Assembly: GCA_963815195.1 (NCBI GenBank)
Contig: CAWFGE010000023.1
Coordinates: 544,001-608,000 of the forward strand
DNA: 64,000 nt
Reading direction: 5' to 3'
DNA from: an uncultured Planctomycetaceae bacterium
GTDB lineage: Bacteria > Planctomycetota > Planctomycetia > Planctomycetales > Planctomycetaceae
This document shows positions 54,271 to 64,000 of the stretch, piece after piece (positions within the stretch are counted from its first letter, which is position 1; every line of letters begins with the position of its first letter). The position numbers and the translations under genes were made by a program. The notes below the pieces were generated by a model. That model did no database searches and had not been told where the DNA came from. It saw only the letters and a program-made list of their open reading frames with translations.

Positions 54271-55269
54271 GTGATGCGCACACAGAATTGTTTCGTTGCC
54301 GCTGTACTCCTGACATTGGGCGCGTGTTCTTCGGAACCTCCAGCCCCCACCGTCGACGCCGCCGATTTCAACGCCGCCTGGGACATCGCCGCCCCGGTGA
54401 GCCCGGGCGCGTGGTGGCTCAAGGTAGAAGGCGCCGGGACGCCAAACATGACCGGTGAAATGGTCGGGCCTCCCGGCGGCGGGATGTACGAACCGGACGA
54501 GATGTCGGTCGTCGACGGCGAGCTGGTCTACACATTCAAAGACTACAAGTACAGCCTTCCCGGCGAGGACCTACCCTGGCCGGACCGCCCGCTTCGTAGC
54601 GCCACCTACCGGGCGAAGCTCGTCGACGGGGAACTCCATGGTTCGATGGAGATCGACGGCCATCCCGAGACGCGGGTCGAATGGATAGGGGAACGTGCGC
54701 CGGTCATCGCCGACAAGGACGACGGGACATGGAAGGAGGGCGAAACCATTGAATTGTTCAACGGGAAGAATCTCGATGGCTGGAAAGCGCTCCACCCGGA
54801 GAGAGGCATGAAGTGGACGGTCAAGGACGGCATCCTGATGAACGACCCGCCCACCAGCGACATCGTCAGCGATCAGAAATTCTGGAACTTCAAGCTACAC
54901 GCCGAATACCGTCTCTATGAGAATTCGAACAGCGGCATCGGCCTCCGTGGCCGTTACGAGGTGCAGATCGCCGAGGATTACGGCAAACCGCCGAACAAGC
55001 AGGGCCACGGCGCCATCTACTACCGCATCGTCCCTACCTCGAACCCATCCAAACCGGCGGGAGAATGGCAGACCATGGACGTCACGCTCATCGGACGGGA
55101 CGTGACGGTGGTTTTGAACGGCGAGACAATCATCGACAAGAAAGAAATCGAAGGCCTCACCGCCATGGGCCACGATCCCAACGAAGCCGAACCGGGCCCG
55201 ATCTCCGTCCAGGGCGACCACACCCGAATCGACATCCGGAAGTTCACCGTTACGCCTTTGACGCACTAG
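54271..55269 (+). CDS. DUF1080 (3-keto-disaccharide hydrolase-like) lipoprotein
   Basis: Lipobox LGAC; LFNGKNLDGW, W.V.DG.L, NSGI..RG.YEVQI, GEWQ, GPI..Q.DH. Confidence 0.9.
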   Translation: MMRTQNCFVAAVLLTLGACSSEPPAPTVDAADFNAAWDIAAPVSPGAWWLKVEGAGTPNMTGEMVGPPGGGMYEPDEMSVVDGELVYTFKDYKYSLPGEDLPWPDRPLRSATYRAKLVDGELHGSMEIDGHPETRVEWIGERAPVIADKDDGTWKEGETIELFNGKNLDGWKALHPERGMKWTVKDGILMNDPPTSDIVSDQKFWNFKLHAEYRLYENSNSGIGLRGRYEVQIAEDYGKPPNKQGHGAIYYRIVPTSNPSKPAGEWQTMDVTLIGRDVTVVLNGETIIDKKEIEGLTAMGHDPNEAEPGPISVQGDHTRIDIRKFTVTPLTH

Positions 55270-55307
55270 CCGGGAGAGCCTCCGGCTCCTTCAGGCACAA
55301 TAGCTAC

Positions 55308-56865
55308 TTGGGAGCTGAAGTCGATCTGTATGCGCTGTTGAAACAGCACTGGGGGTACGATAGCTTTCGCCGCCGGCAGGAGGAGATTGTGCGGGGGCTG
55401 GTGGCGGGCCGCGACATTGTGGCAGTCATGCCGACCGGGGGCGGAAAATCGCTCTGCTACCAACTGGCCGCGCTGGTTCTCGATGGGACGGCGATTGTCA
55501 TCTCGCCGCTGATCGCCTTGATGCAGGACCAGGTGGCGCAACTGGAGGAGATGGGCATTCCCGCGGCGATGTTGAACTCGTCGATGGAATACGCGGACCA
55601 GCGGAGGGTCATGCAGGCTGCGCGGGAAGGGCGCTACCGGCTCCTCTATCTTTCGCCGGAACGGCTGGCCCGCGAGGACACCGTGGGCTGGCTTCAAAAT
55701 CTGCCGCTGTCGTTTTTCGCTATCGACGAGGCGCACTGCATCTCGGAATGGGGGCACGAGTTTCGCCCCGAATACCGACGCCTCGGTCTTTTGCGGGAAA
55801 CCTTTCCCGGCAAGCCCCTGGCCGCGTTTACCGCCAGCGCTACCCGGCGGGTCCGCCGCGATATCGTCAGCCAGTTGGCACTGCGTGAACCGGGCAAATT
55901 TGTGCTGAGCTTCCACCGGCCGAACTTGAGGCTTCTGGTTCGCAATACAAACGCCGCGACCCAGGAAGCGTTGCTGCTCTCGGCCATGCAGGAGCACGAA
56001 GGGGAGAACGTCATCATCTACTCGCCCACGATTGCTCGCGTTGAGGAAACCGCCGCCTTGCTCCAGTGCAAAGGCATCGCCGCCGTCCCCTACCATGGCA
56101 AGATGGACGGCGAGACCCGCCAGCGGAACCAGGTCCGGTGGATGTCAGACGAAGTGCGGGTGCTGGTCGGAACGATCGCCTTTGGGCTCGGTATCAACAA
56201 GCCGTCAGTGCGCGCCGTGATCCACCTTTCGCTGCCGAAATCGTTGGAGCAGTTTTATCAGGAGGCCGGCCGCGCGGGCCGCGATGGGGAACCTTCGGAT
56301 TGCCTCCTGCTTTGGCAGAATCGGGATACCGCTCTCCTGGCCCATTTCATTGGAGAAATCCAGGATCTCGACGAACGCAGCCGCGCCTGGGAGCGTTACC
56401 GGATCATGCGCCGCTTCGTCGAAGAGGACCGCTGCCGCCACCGGCAGATCTGCTCTCACTTCGGCCAGAGCACCTCATGGGACAACTGCGGCGCATGTGA
56501 TGTCTGCGGCCAATCTCCCAAATGGTTCCTTCAGCCCGATGTCGCCTTGGCTAAGCGCAAGAGAGCGCGCCGCAAGACCGCAGCCGAGCCGAAGAAGGCG
56601 GCCCCCCTCTATTGTCAAGTTGCCCGAGTCCGACCAGCGGCTACTGAATCATCTCCGCGAATGGCGGCGAAAGCTGGCGCAAACGAATAACATTCCCGCT
56701 TACGTGATCCTTCACGACGCGAGCATGGCCGATCTGTGTGTTCGACGTCCTCGGACGCCGGAGGAATTGCTTGACGTCCACGGGATAGGTCCAAGCAAGC
56801 TGGAGCGCTATGGGGAAGTTCTGCTGGCGGCTATTCGCGAATTTGAGGAGCGGAGGGAATCGTAG
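55308..56865 (+). CDS. recQ: ATP-dependent DNA helicase RecQ with HRDC domain (frameshift ~56610)
   Basis: MPTGGGKSLCYQ, DEAHCISEWGHEFRP, YHG, AFGLGINK, QEAGRAGRDG, CR...C..CD.C; HRDC LREWRRKLA....PAYVI. Confidence 0.93.
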
Positions 56866-56874
56866 TGGCGGGAA

Positions 56875-56960
56875 CACTCTTTGGCGGTCGCGGCTTCCAT
56901 CTCAGCAACCTACCGCAAATGCGTGGGTCAATATCTGAGCCGCGCCCGTCAGCAAGCGGT
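56875..56960. repeat. REP-like imperfect inverted repeat pair between convergent genes
   Basis: ...GGCGGTCGCGGCT (56883-95) and AGCCGCGCCCGTC (56938-50). Confidence 0.45.
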
Positions 56961-56992
56961 CGGCGTTCTTCCGCACCCTGCCAGGCGAGCGC

Positions 56993-58087
56993 CTACTGCA
57001 ACTTCCCCCGCGCCGCCACCGGCCACTCCTCTACGACAGCGTCACCGCGCAAGCCATAGGCCCGTTCATGGAGGTTCACCGCCACGCAGATGTGATTCGG
57101 AATGACGCGTATGCGGTCCCCGATGCGGAACTTGCGAGGCGAAGCGGCGAGATCCACGTAGCCGTGTTCTTCATTCATCTTGAACAGGCGCGCTTCGGGG
57201 GCTTCGACGATATGGCCGAAGTAAGCGTCGCCACCGGTGACCAGACGATCCGAGAAGAAGGCCTTCGAACCGCCGTCGACCATCATGCCGTTCTGCCGGG
57301 CGGTGGAAACCACGGTGGTCAGGATTGAGGCGGCGCAATCGTCCAGTTTGCAGGCCCCGCAAGCTACGCAATTCCGGTCGTTGAAAATATAGGTGCCAGG
57401 CCGGATCTCATTCATGCCCTTGATCCGGTGGGAATGAAACAGGGTAGGTGTTGAGCCACCACTGACAACGGGAGCGGGGAGGCCGTCGCGCGAGAAATCC
57501 TCCTTGACGCCTTCGACCAATTCGGAGAGCTTCTCTAACGCAGCGAACCCTTCTTCCCCCAAAGCCTTTATGTGGCCCGGATAGAAGGCAAAGCCTACCA
57601 GTTCAAGACCGGGCATGCCAGAAATCGTTCTGGCGAGATCCAGAATGGCGCGCCCCGGCTGCACCCCCGTCCGGCCGGTCCCGGCGTCGATCTCGGCTAG
57701 CACACGAATTTTCAGGCCCGCCGCGGCGGCCGCGGAAGAGAGTTGGCGGGCGGCCTCCACACTATCGAGCGCCACTGTCACACGGGTGCGTCTTGCGACG
57801 GCCACCAGCCGCTCCAGCTTCCTGGCTCCGATCACCGGGTAAGCGAGTAGCAGATCGTCCGGCGAGGCGTCGAGCATCACCTCCGCCTCACTGACTTTAG
57901 CCACGGTGATGCCGGTGGCCCCCGACGCCAACTGGCGCCGGGCCAGCAGCGGACTCTTGTGCGTCTTGGTGTGCGGACGCAACCGCAAGCCGTGTTCCTG
58001 GGCGTAGGCCGCGACCCTGCTGAGGTTGCGTTCCATGATGTCGAGGTCAATGAGGAGGGCTGGGGTGTCAAGCTCTGAGACGTGCAT
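56993..58087 (-). CDS. D-threonine aldolase/DSD1 family PLP-dependent enzyme (alanine racemase fold)
   Basis: TPALLID, LRPHTKTHK, R.GV, GGSTPT, EIRPGTYIFND, DGGSK, EEHG, PNHIC. Confidence 0.92.
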   Translation of the reverse strand: MHVSELDTPALLIDLDIMERNLSRVAAYAQEHGLRLRPHTKTHKSPLLARRQLASGATGITVAKVSEAEVMLDASPDDLLLAYPVIGARKLERLVAVARRTRVTVALDSVEAARQLSSAAAAAGLKIRVLAEIDAGTGRTGVQPGRAILDLARTISGMPGLELVGFAFYPGHIKALGEEGFAALEKLSELVEGVKEDFSRDGLPAPVVSGGSTPTLFHSHRIKGMNEIRPGTYIFNDRNCVACGACKLDDCAASILTTVVSTARQNGMMVDGGSKAFFSDRLVTGGDAYFGHIVEAPEARLFKMNEEHGYVDLAASPRKFRIGDRIRVIPNHICVAVNLHERAYGLRGDAVVEEWPVAARGKLQ

Positions 58088-58094
58088 GAGGGCT

Positions 58095-58769
58095 CTACTC
58101 GGGCTGCCGGAACTGGAGGTCGATCTTACCACCTTCCCCGGTATAGTGGAGCCAGATCTGTTTCGGCTTGTGCTTGCCTTCGAGGGGATAGAATAGCAGG
58201 CCAGTTTCCGGACCGGAGATTTCACCCTCCTTCAATTGGGTTTCCCGCAGTTTCTCTAGCAGCTCATTCTTCGAGTCGTCACTCTTGCCAGAGGCCTGCG
58301 AACCTCCGATCCGTTCGACGCTGCCGGCGTTGCCGACTCCGCCGCCGTCGCCCGGTAGTCTTGACGGCATCGTTCCGCCCATGCCGCCCCACACCGATCC
58401 GTTCTCCTGCCGGTGGACACCCCCGCCCTCAGTTGTGTAAACGAGCGTCAGAACGCTTCCGCTCGCAATCTGCCCGGGATCATAAGGCTCCGACTTCTGG
58501 CCGTCTTTGTCGGAGCGAATTATGAAATCGTCGCGCCAGAGCTTCATCGGCTCGGAGCCCTTGGGCGTGACGGTTATCTCGACGGCTACAATGCCTTTCT
58601 CTAACTCCTCGCCGAGCAATTGCTGGACCGCCTCATGCTCTTTGAAAAGCTTCGCCTCAACAGCGAAGAGCTTGTTATCACCATGTGCCACCGGGGTTCC
58701 CTTGTCACCTGCAAGGGCAGCGCAGCACAAGAGAATTCCGGCCCCGAGAATCCGGCGAAGCATGACCAT
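58095..58769 (-). CDS. Exported hypothetical protein
   Basis: Signal peptide MLRRILGAGILLCCAALAG; sits in frame between yajD and the D-TA gene. Confidence 0.7.
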   Translation of the reverse strand: MVMLRRILGAGILLCCAALAGDKGTPVAHGDNKLFAVEAKLFKEHEAVQQLLGEELEKGIVAVEITVTPKGSEPMKLWRDDFIIRSDKDGQKSEPYDPGQIASGSVLTLVYTTEGGGVHRQENGSVWGGMGGTMPSRLPGDGGGVGNAGSVERIGGSQASGKSDDSKNELLEKLRETQLKEGEISGPETGLLFYPLEGKHKPKQIWLHYTGEGGKIDLQFRQPE

Positions 58770-58793
58770 CCCTTCTACCTCTAATTGTACAGT

Positions 58794-59183
58794 CTAATCT
58801 GCTTTGTTCCTGATCGAATCGAGCAGACCCGCGAACGGCTTGTGCGTCGAAGCCGGCTCCGGGCGGCGGCTGGGCGCGTCCTCCCGACTGTACTCATCCG
58901 CCACCAGATTCCGGGAATGCTCGTTGTCGTGGCAATAGATGCAAAGCAATTCCCAGTTGCTGCCATCGGGTGGGTTGTTGTCGTGATTGTGATCCTTGTG
59001 ATGAACCGTGAGCTCACGCAGTTTCTTGCCAGAGAACTCGCGTCCACAATGCCCGCAAACCCACGGGAGAAGCTTCAGCGCCCTCTCCCGGTAGCCCTTC
59101 TCGCGCAGTTCCCGATCACGCCGGGCTTCATTGACTATGTTGCCCGGCCCATTGAATGGCGGTCTGGTCTTCCCGGATGACAT
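58794..59183 (-). CDS. yajD: YajD-family HNH nuclease
   Basis: YRERALKL.PWVCG.CGREF, LTVHHKDHNHDNNP.DGSNWELLC.YCHDNEH. Confidence 0.9.
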   Translation of the reverse strand: MSSGKTRPPFNGPGNIVNEARRDRELREKGYRERALKLLPWVCGHCGREFSGKKLRELTVHHKDHNHDNNPPDGSNWELLCIYCHDNEHSRNLVADEYSREDAPSRRPEPASTHKPFAGLLDSIRNKAD

Positions 59184-59249
59184 ACGCCTCTCTCAACTAA
59201 TGTCAATTGTACAGCAGCAGGCGCTCGTTCACCGTTCCTCTCGTTCAGA

Positions 59250-60205
59250 AGGGGACCAAATCCCGGGCCAAAACCCGGGACAAACCCGGGACAGGAACCC
59301 CATTCCCCTTTTCGCTCTCCGCCCGCACGACGACCCGGCTCTACCCGCCGGACGCAGTTCGGGCGCCTGCCACCGGCGGAGGGCAAGCCTTTTTTGGTCG
59401 TCCGGCCGGACGCGGCCGGAGCGCCAATCCAAGTTCGAGTTCCAGTCGCTCCACATAGCTTTCCGAACCGAACGGCCTCCCTCTCGCGGTAGCCTCCCGG
59501 AACCGTTGCCGCTGCTCTTCTTCCATCACGCTCGACGCCAGTACCTCGCGCCATCTGGCTGGCGTGTATTCCGACCGCCACATCCCGAGATCCAGCCGCC
59601 CCGACGGATCCTCCCCGCGCAGATGCGCTTCCGCGGAAGACCATCGGTATTCGTCCGCCGAGCGCACCACGCCAGCCCGCTGGGGGTTCTGCTCCACATA
59701 CGCCATCGCCACCAGCGCGTGGTGAAATTCCATCGCGCACGAGTAAAAGCGCTCCTGCCAGAGATGGCCGCAGCCGTCGCGCCGAAAATTGACCGCGCGT
59801 GCGTAGTCGGCGTGCAAGCGGCCGAACACCTTTGCCATGCTCTGCCGCTCCTCCGGAACGCCCACCACGTGGACGTGATTCCTCATCAGGCAATAGGACC
59901 ACACCCGCAGATGGTATCGATCAGCGTAGACAAACAGACGGTCCAGGTACGCCTGCCGGTCTTCGTCACAGTAGAAGACCGCCTGACGGTTGTTGCCGCG
60001 CTGCGTGATGTGGTGCGGCTGGCCGGGGAGGACCACTCTCGCTTTACGGGCATCTCTCCTATCCAGTGGCGCAGGCGTAAGAGAACTCTCACTGAAAACC
60101 ACCCCGGCGGTTCCTGTCCCGGGTTTTGAAAAGGGGAATGGGGTTCCTGTCCCGGGTTTTGCCGGGTTTTGTCCGTGCCGGGTTTTGTCCCGTGTTCCGG
60201 GTTTT
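59250..60205. mobile_element. RAYT element bounded by a perfect 32-bp inverted repeat plus degenerate short repeats
   Basis: AAACCCGGGACAGGAACCCCATTCCCCTTTTC (59282-59313) is the exact reverse complement of 60128-60159; extra CCGGGTTTT / AAACCCGG units lie outside. Confidence 0.85.
59341..60053 (-). CDS. REP-associated tyrosine transposase (Y1 HUH); probable 1-bp deletion in codons 2-3
   Basis: HHITQRGNNRQ.VF, YCLM.NHVH, GHLWQERFYS, YVEQNP.RAG, YRWSS; AGGAG before ATG 60053. Confidence 0.9.
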
Positions 60206-60832
60206 AGTCGAAGCTGCTGCGGAAATGGTCGAACTGGCTTCGCAGTTCGGCGAGTTCTTCTTCGAGTTTGGCAACGCGCTCCGCGAGGGGGGATGGTTGA
60301 GCGGACATCGGAGCGGCCGGCTCGGTGGCTGTCCACTTCGCCGCTTAGCAGGTGGGCGAAGCGCGGTTCTTTTTCACCCGGACGGCGGGGGAGGCGGCGT
60401 GACCAGCGGCGGTTCCCGTCCGGCCAGACGCTCGAGGGTGGATTCCACGGAAGCCAGATCGTCGAATTCATAGAGGCGTTCGGTTCGTCCGCGCACCTCG
60501 CCCACTGTTTGCGGTCCCCGGAGCAGCAGGGCGCAGATGACGGCCTGCTCACGGCGGTCGAAGTCGAAGACCTCCCCCGCGCGGTGTCCGTACTTGTGTA
60601 CACGGTGTCCGGCGCCGCTTATATCCCGTCCGAGGCCCTTGGCGCGGAGGCTCTCGATAGCGGCCGCGATTTCGTCTTCGTCGAGCGACATCACCGGATC
60701 GCGGTTCGATTTCTGGTTGCAGGCCGCCCGCAACGCGTTCAAGGTGAGCGGGTAGTATTCGGGCGTCGCCGCTTCCTTTTCGATGAGCGAACCGAGGATG
60801 CGAACTTCGACGGGATCGAGCACTAGTTCCAT
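60204..60832 (-). CDS. yceH: YceH (DUF480) family protein (frameshifts near 60390-60330)
   Basis: EVRILGSLIEKE..TPEYYPLTLNAL..ACNQKSNRDPV, LLLRGPQT.GE; C-terminal coiled coil RVAKLEEELAELR in another frame. Confidence 0.88.
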
Positions 60833-60882
60833 AGGATCCATCCTGACAGAAACCGCTGGCGCTCGTCCTGTAGAATGGTCCA

Positions 60883-61125
60883 ATGGCTGAGAAGAAGAAG
60901 CCCTCGAAGAGCTTTGAGGAAGCGCTTGAGGAGCTTGAGGCGATGGTGAAGGAGCTCGAAAGCGGTGACCTTCCGCTCGAAACGGCCCTGGAGCGTTTCG
61001 AGAGAGGGGTGCGTCTGAGCGAGGATTGCCGGAAGGCGCTCGAAGAGGCCGAGCAGAAGGTCGAGATCCTCCTCAAGAAGAATGGCGAGGTGCAACCCGA
61101 ACCCTTCGAGCCGAACAACGGCTGA
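60883..61125 (+). CDS. xseB: Exodeoxyribonuclease VII small subunit
   Basis: SFEEALEELE..V..LESGDLPLE.AL..FERG..L...C...L..AEQKV. Confidence 0.95.
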   Translation: MAEKKKPSKSFEEALEELEAMVKELESGDLPLETALERFERGVRLSEDCRKALEEAEQKVEILLKKNGEVQPEPFEPNNG

Positions 61126-61134
61126 GCATCTCCG

Positions 61135-62019
61135 ATGAGCCTGCGCGAGTACCTTACCCAACAACGGCAGCGAGTGGATGCAGCCCTGGAGCGCTGGGCC
61201 CCGCACGAGTCGACCCCGCCCGGGACGATACACAAGGCGATGCGCTACAGCCTGTTCGCCGGGGAGAAGCGCATCCGTCCGGTCTTATGCATGGCGGCTG
61301 CGGAGATTGTTTCGGATGAGATCGACGGAGTCGAGGACGCGGCCTGTTCCCTGGAATTGATTCACACCTACTCTCTGATACACGATGACTTGCCCGCATT
61401 GGACAATGACGACCTGCGCCGTGGCCGGCCGACTTCGCACAAGGTTTTCGGCGACGCCATGGCGATTTTGGCAGGGGATTCGCTGCTTACGCTCGCTTTC
61501 CAGGTGCTGGCGCAGTTGCGAGGGGTGGACGCAGCGCGGAAATCCCGGTTGATTGAGGAGCTTGCCACCGCATCGGGAACCGTGGGTGGAATGATCGCAG
61601 GACAGGTGCACGATCTTGAGGGCGAGGGCCAGACTCCGGACGCCCGGCTGCTCGATACCATTCACCGGGCCAAGACCGGAGCGCTGTTGCGGGCCAGCCT
61701 GCGAATGGGCGCCATTTACGCCGCGCCACGGCTGAGCAGTACGCAGCGCTTTCGCGCTATGGTGAACATGCCGGGCTCGGCGTTTCAAATTGTCGATGAC
61801 CTGCTCGATGTGGAGCAATCGTCCGAGGAGTTCGGCAAGACCGCCGGTAAGGACGCCGCGCAGAAGAAAGTCACGTTCCCCGCCGTCTATGGGCTGGAGC
61901 GCTCCCGTGAGATGGCCGAGCAGGAGCGGGTTCGCTGCCATGAGGCGCTCTCGATCTTCGGCGGCCGGGCGCGGTGGTTGCGCGAATTGGCCGACCTGAT
62001 CGTGCAGCGGAAGAACTGA
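61135..62019 (+). CDS. ispA: Geranyltranstransferase / polyprenyl synthetase
   Basis: KRIRP, HTYSLIHDDLPALDNDDLRRG, AGQ..D, KTG, FQIVDD.LD, GKT.GKD. Confidence 0.93.
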   Translation: MSLREYLTQQRQRVDAALERWAPHESTPPGTIHKAMRYSLFAGEKRIRPVLCMAAAEIVSDEIDGVEDAACSLELIHTYSLIHDDLPALDNDDLRRGRPTSHKVFGDAMAILAGDSLLTLAFQVLAQLRGVDAARKSRLIEELATASGTVGGMIAGQVHDLEGEGQTPDARLLDTIHRAKTGALLRASLRMGAIYAAPRLSSTQRFRAMVNMPGSAFQIVDDLLDVEQSSEEFGKTAGKDAAQKKVTFPAVYGLERSREMAEQERVRCHEALSIFGGRARWLRELADLIVQRKN

Positions 62020-62741
62020 TGGCGAAGCGGCGGATCGATCGGTTGCTGGTGGAACGCGGACTGGCCGAGTCGCGGGAAAAGGGACAGGCTCTCATTCTTG
62101 CCGGACAGGTTTTCGTGAATGGCCAGAAGGTGGATAAGGCTGGACACGCCGTTCCGGAGGATGCGGATGTCGTGGTCACAGCACAGCTGCCGTACGTCGG
62201 TCGCGGCGGTCTCAAGCTGGAGAAAGCGCTGGATCATTTCGGGGTTAACGCTACCGGCAAGGTCTGTCTCGATATTGGCGCTTCGACGGGCGGGTTCACG
62301 GACTGCCTCTTGCAGCGGGGCGCCGTCCGGGTTCACGCGGTCGACACCGGAGCGGGGCAGATCGCCTGGAAGCTGCGGACCAACGATCGGGTGACACTGC
62401 ATGAAAAAGTGAACGCCCGGCATCTGTGTTTCGAGGAGATCGGAGAACTTGCCGACTTGGCCGTGTGCGATGTCAGCTTCATTTCGGTGACACTGATACT
62501 GCCCGCCTTGCTTTCGGTGCTGAAAGAGAATGCGGAAATGGTTATACTCGTGAAACCCCAGTTTGAAGTGGGGCGCCGTCAGGTGGGCAAAGGGGGGATC
62601 GTTCGCGATCCCAATGCACCGCTCAGCGGTCGCGAAAGTCGAGGAAGCGGTCACAGCGCTCGGCTTCCGGTCTCGGTGATTGAAAGTCCGATTTTGGGGG
62701 CGGAAGGGAACCGGGAATTTCTGCTACATGCCAGCCGTTAA
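62019..62741 (+). CDS. tlyA: TlyA family rRNA 2'-O-methyltransferase
   Basis: S4 domain RID.LLVERGLAESR, YVGRGGLKL, DIGASTGGFTD, DVSFIS, KPQFE, GN.EF. Confidence 0.93.
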   Translation: MAKRRIDRLLVERGLAESREKGQALILAGQVFVNGQKVDKAGHAVPEDADVVVTAQLPYVGRGGLKLEKALDHFGVNATGKVCLDIGASTGGFTDCLLQRGAVRVHAVDTGAGQIAWKLRTNDRVTLHEKVNARHLCFEEIGELADLAVCDVSFISVTLILPALLSVLKENAEMVILVKPQFEVGRRQVGKGGIVRDPNAPLSGRESRGSGHSARLPVSVIESPILGAEGNREFLLHASR

Positions 62742-63591
62742 GAAAGTCGCCATCATTTCAAAACCGGGAGCCGGCCGGGCCAAGGCCGTTCGTGAAGGCC
62801 CTGCTGCCGTGGCTTGCGGCTCGCGGCATCGAGGCCCGCTGCGATGAGGAGACGGCCGCCTATGTCGACGGCATGGAGGATATCCCCGGGTCGAGGCGCC
62901 GGATGGGCCGACATGATCATTTTGCTGGGCGGCGATGGCACGCTGCTTTCGGCGGTCCGGGCCATCGGCGATCGCGATGTGCCGCTGTTTGCCGTGAATC
63001 TTGGCGGATTGGGTTTTCTGACGGCCATTGCAGTGGAGAATCTGTACCCGGAGCTGGAACTGGCGCTGAACGGCGGGCAGGCGACGGGCCGGCGGCTATT
63101 GCTCCACTGCGAGTTGTGGCGGGAGGGGCGCTTGCGTTCCGCGTATGAGGCTCTGAACGACGTCGTATTCAACAAGGTCGACATCGCGCGGATGATCGAT
63201 ATCGAGGCGCTGGTGGACGATCAGATGGTTTGCGACTATCAAGGCCGACGGACTCATTGTCGCCACGCCCACCGGTTCGACGGCCTACTCGCTCTCGGCC
63301 GGCGGCCCGATCATCTTTCCCTCGGTCGAAGCGCTGGCTATCACGCCGATCTGTCCGCACACCCTTACCAATCGTCCGGTGATCGTGCCGCAAACCAGCG
63401 TGATTCGCTTGAATGTCAACGCGAAGGACGACGCGGCTTTTCTCACGATCGACGGCCAGGTCGGCGAACCGTTGAAGCACAGGGACGTGGTCGTCTGCCG
63501 GAGCTCGGACAGGGTAGTGCGCCTGGTCTCTCCGCCGCGATTGAAGTTCTTCGACGTTCTGCGTCAGAAGTTGAAGTGGGGCGAGAGGTAA
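62728..63591 (+). CDS. nadK: NAD kinase (frameshifted)
   Basis: LGGDGTLL, NLGGLGFLT, ALND, DG...ATPTGSTAYSLSAGGP (shifted frame), TIDGQ, QKLKWG. Confidence 0.9.
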
Positions 63592-63602
63592 CCGTCGGCG
63601 CG

Positions 63603-64000
63603 TCAGGTGTGAAGCTCCGGGAGATCGCGGTAGAGATCGAGCGACTCCGGGTTGAGCAAAGCTTCGAAATTGGTCGCGGGGCGGCCATGGATGACATCGC
63701 GGGCGGCGAGTTCGGAAATCTTGCCGTTGACCGTTCGCGGGATGTCCGCGACGGCGATGATTTTCGCCGGTACGTGGCGGGGGGAGGCGCCGGTTCGGAT
63801 GCGTTCTTTGATCTTCGCGATGAGTTCGTCGTCGAGATTGCTCTCCGGGTTTATGCTTCACAAACAAGACGATGCGCACGTCGCCGTTCCATTCCTGACC
63901 GACCGCGAGGCTCTCCGGCTATTTCCGGCAGTTGGTCCACAATGTTGTAGATTTCGGACGTGCCAATGCGCACCCCACCCGGATTCAAGACCGTGTCGGA
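63603..64000 (-). CDS. Acetoacetate--CoA ligase C-terminal part (gene starts beyond the window; frameshifted)
   Basis: Reverse strand reads [18 protein letters not shown] ... PRHVP...[11 protein letters not shown]...NPESL. Confidence 0.85.

Noticed and set aside
59250..60205. CRISPR-like array from the repeated CCGGG units
   Set aside because: The units are ~9 bp, irregularly spaced, without unique ~30-bp spacers or cas genes

Overview
The window appears to join DNA from two unrelated bacterial genomes at about 24945-25080, and frequent 1-bp indels look like long-read errors. Left part (1-~24945) is Planctomycete-like, judged by a LEQRLLLS N-terminal signature. It carries a Mo-hydroxylase large subunit, then a ~16.4 kb co-oriented locus. 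That locus encodes a ~2010-aa membrane-anchored Ig-repeat protein with an SrfA-like cytoplasmic N-terminus (split over 4 ORFs), an SrfC-family P-loop NTPase, an SrfB-family actin/Hsp70-fold protein, a secreted hypothetical protein, a Zn-ribbon/PQQ-type beta-propeller and a lid-less Hsp70. A dead REP-flanked Y1 transposase sits between srfC and srfB. The locus is followed by a 1.7-kaa beta-helix/FG-GAP exoprotein behind a terminator-containing leader, and a truncated flavoprotein disulfide reductase. Right part (~25080-64000) looks like an Acidobacteria-type core chromosome (inferred from gene content): dnaG 3' end, rpoD, nadD-like, nfrB (MshEN), GT2/methyltransferases/M28, rodZ, pgsA, hflX, hfq, polX, NUDIX, rdgB, rph, an unannotated 45-aa membrane protein, a degenerate PGI-like protein, TgpA, VIT-vWA, ECF sigma/anti-sigma, two enolase-family dehydratases, DUF1080, recQ, a D-TA family enzyme, yajD, a RAYT with perfect 32-bp inverted repeats, yceH, xseB-ispA-tlyA-nadK and an acetoacetate-CoA ligase 3' end. 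The best candidate for a new system is the expanded srfA(Ig)-srfC-srfB-propeller-Hsp70 locus. No CRISPR array, tRNA or rRNA was seen. All family calls come from motif recognition by eye, not from database searches.
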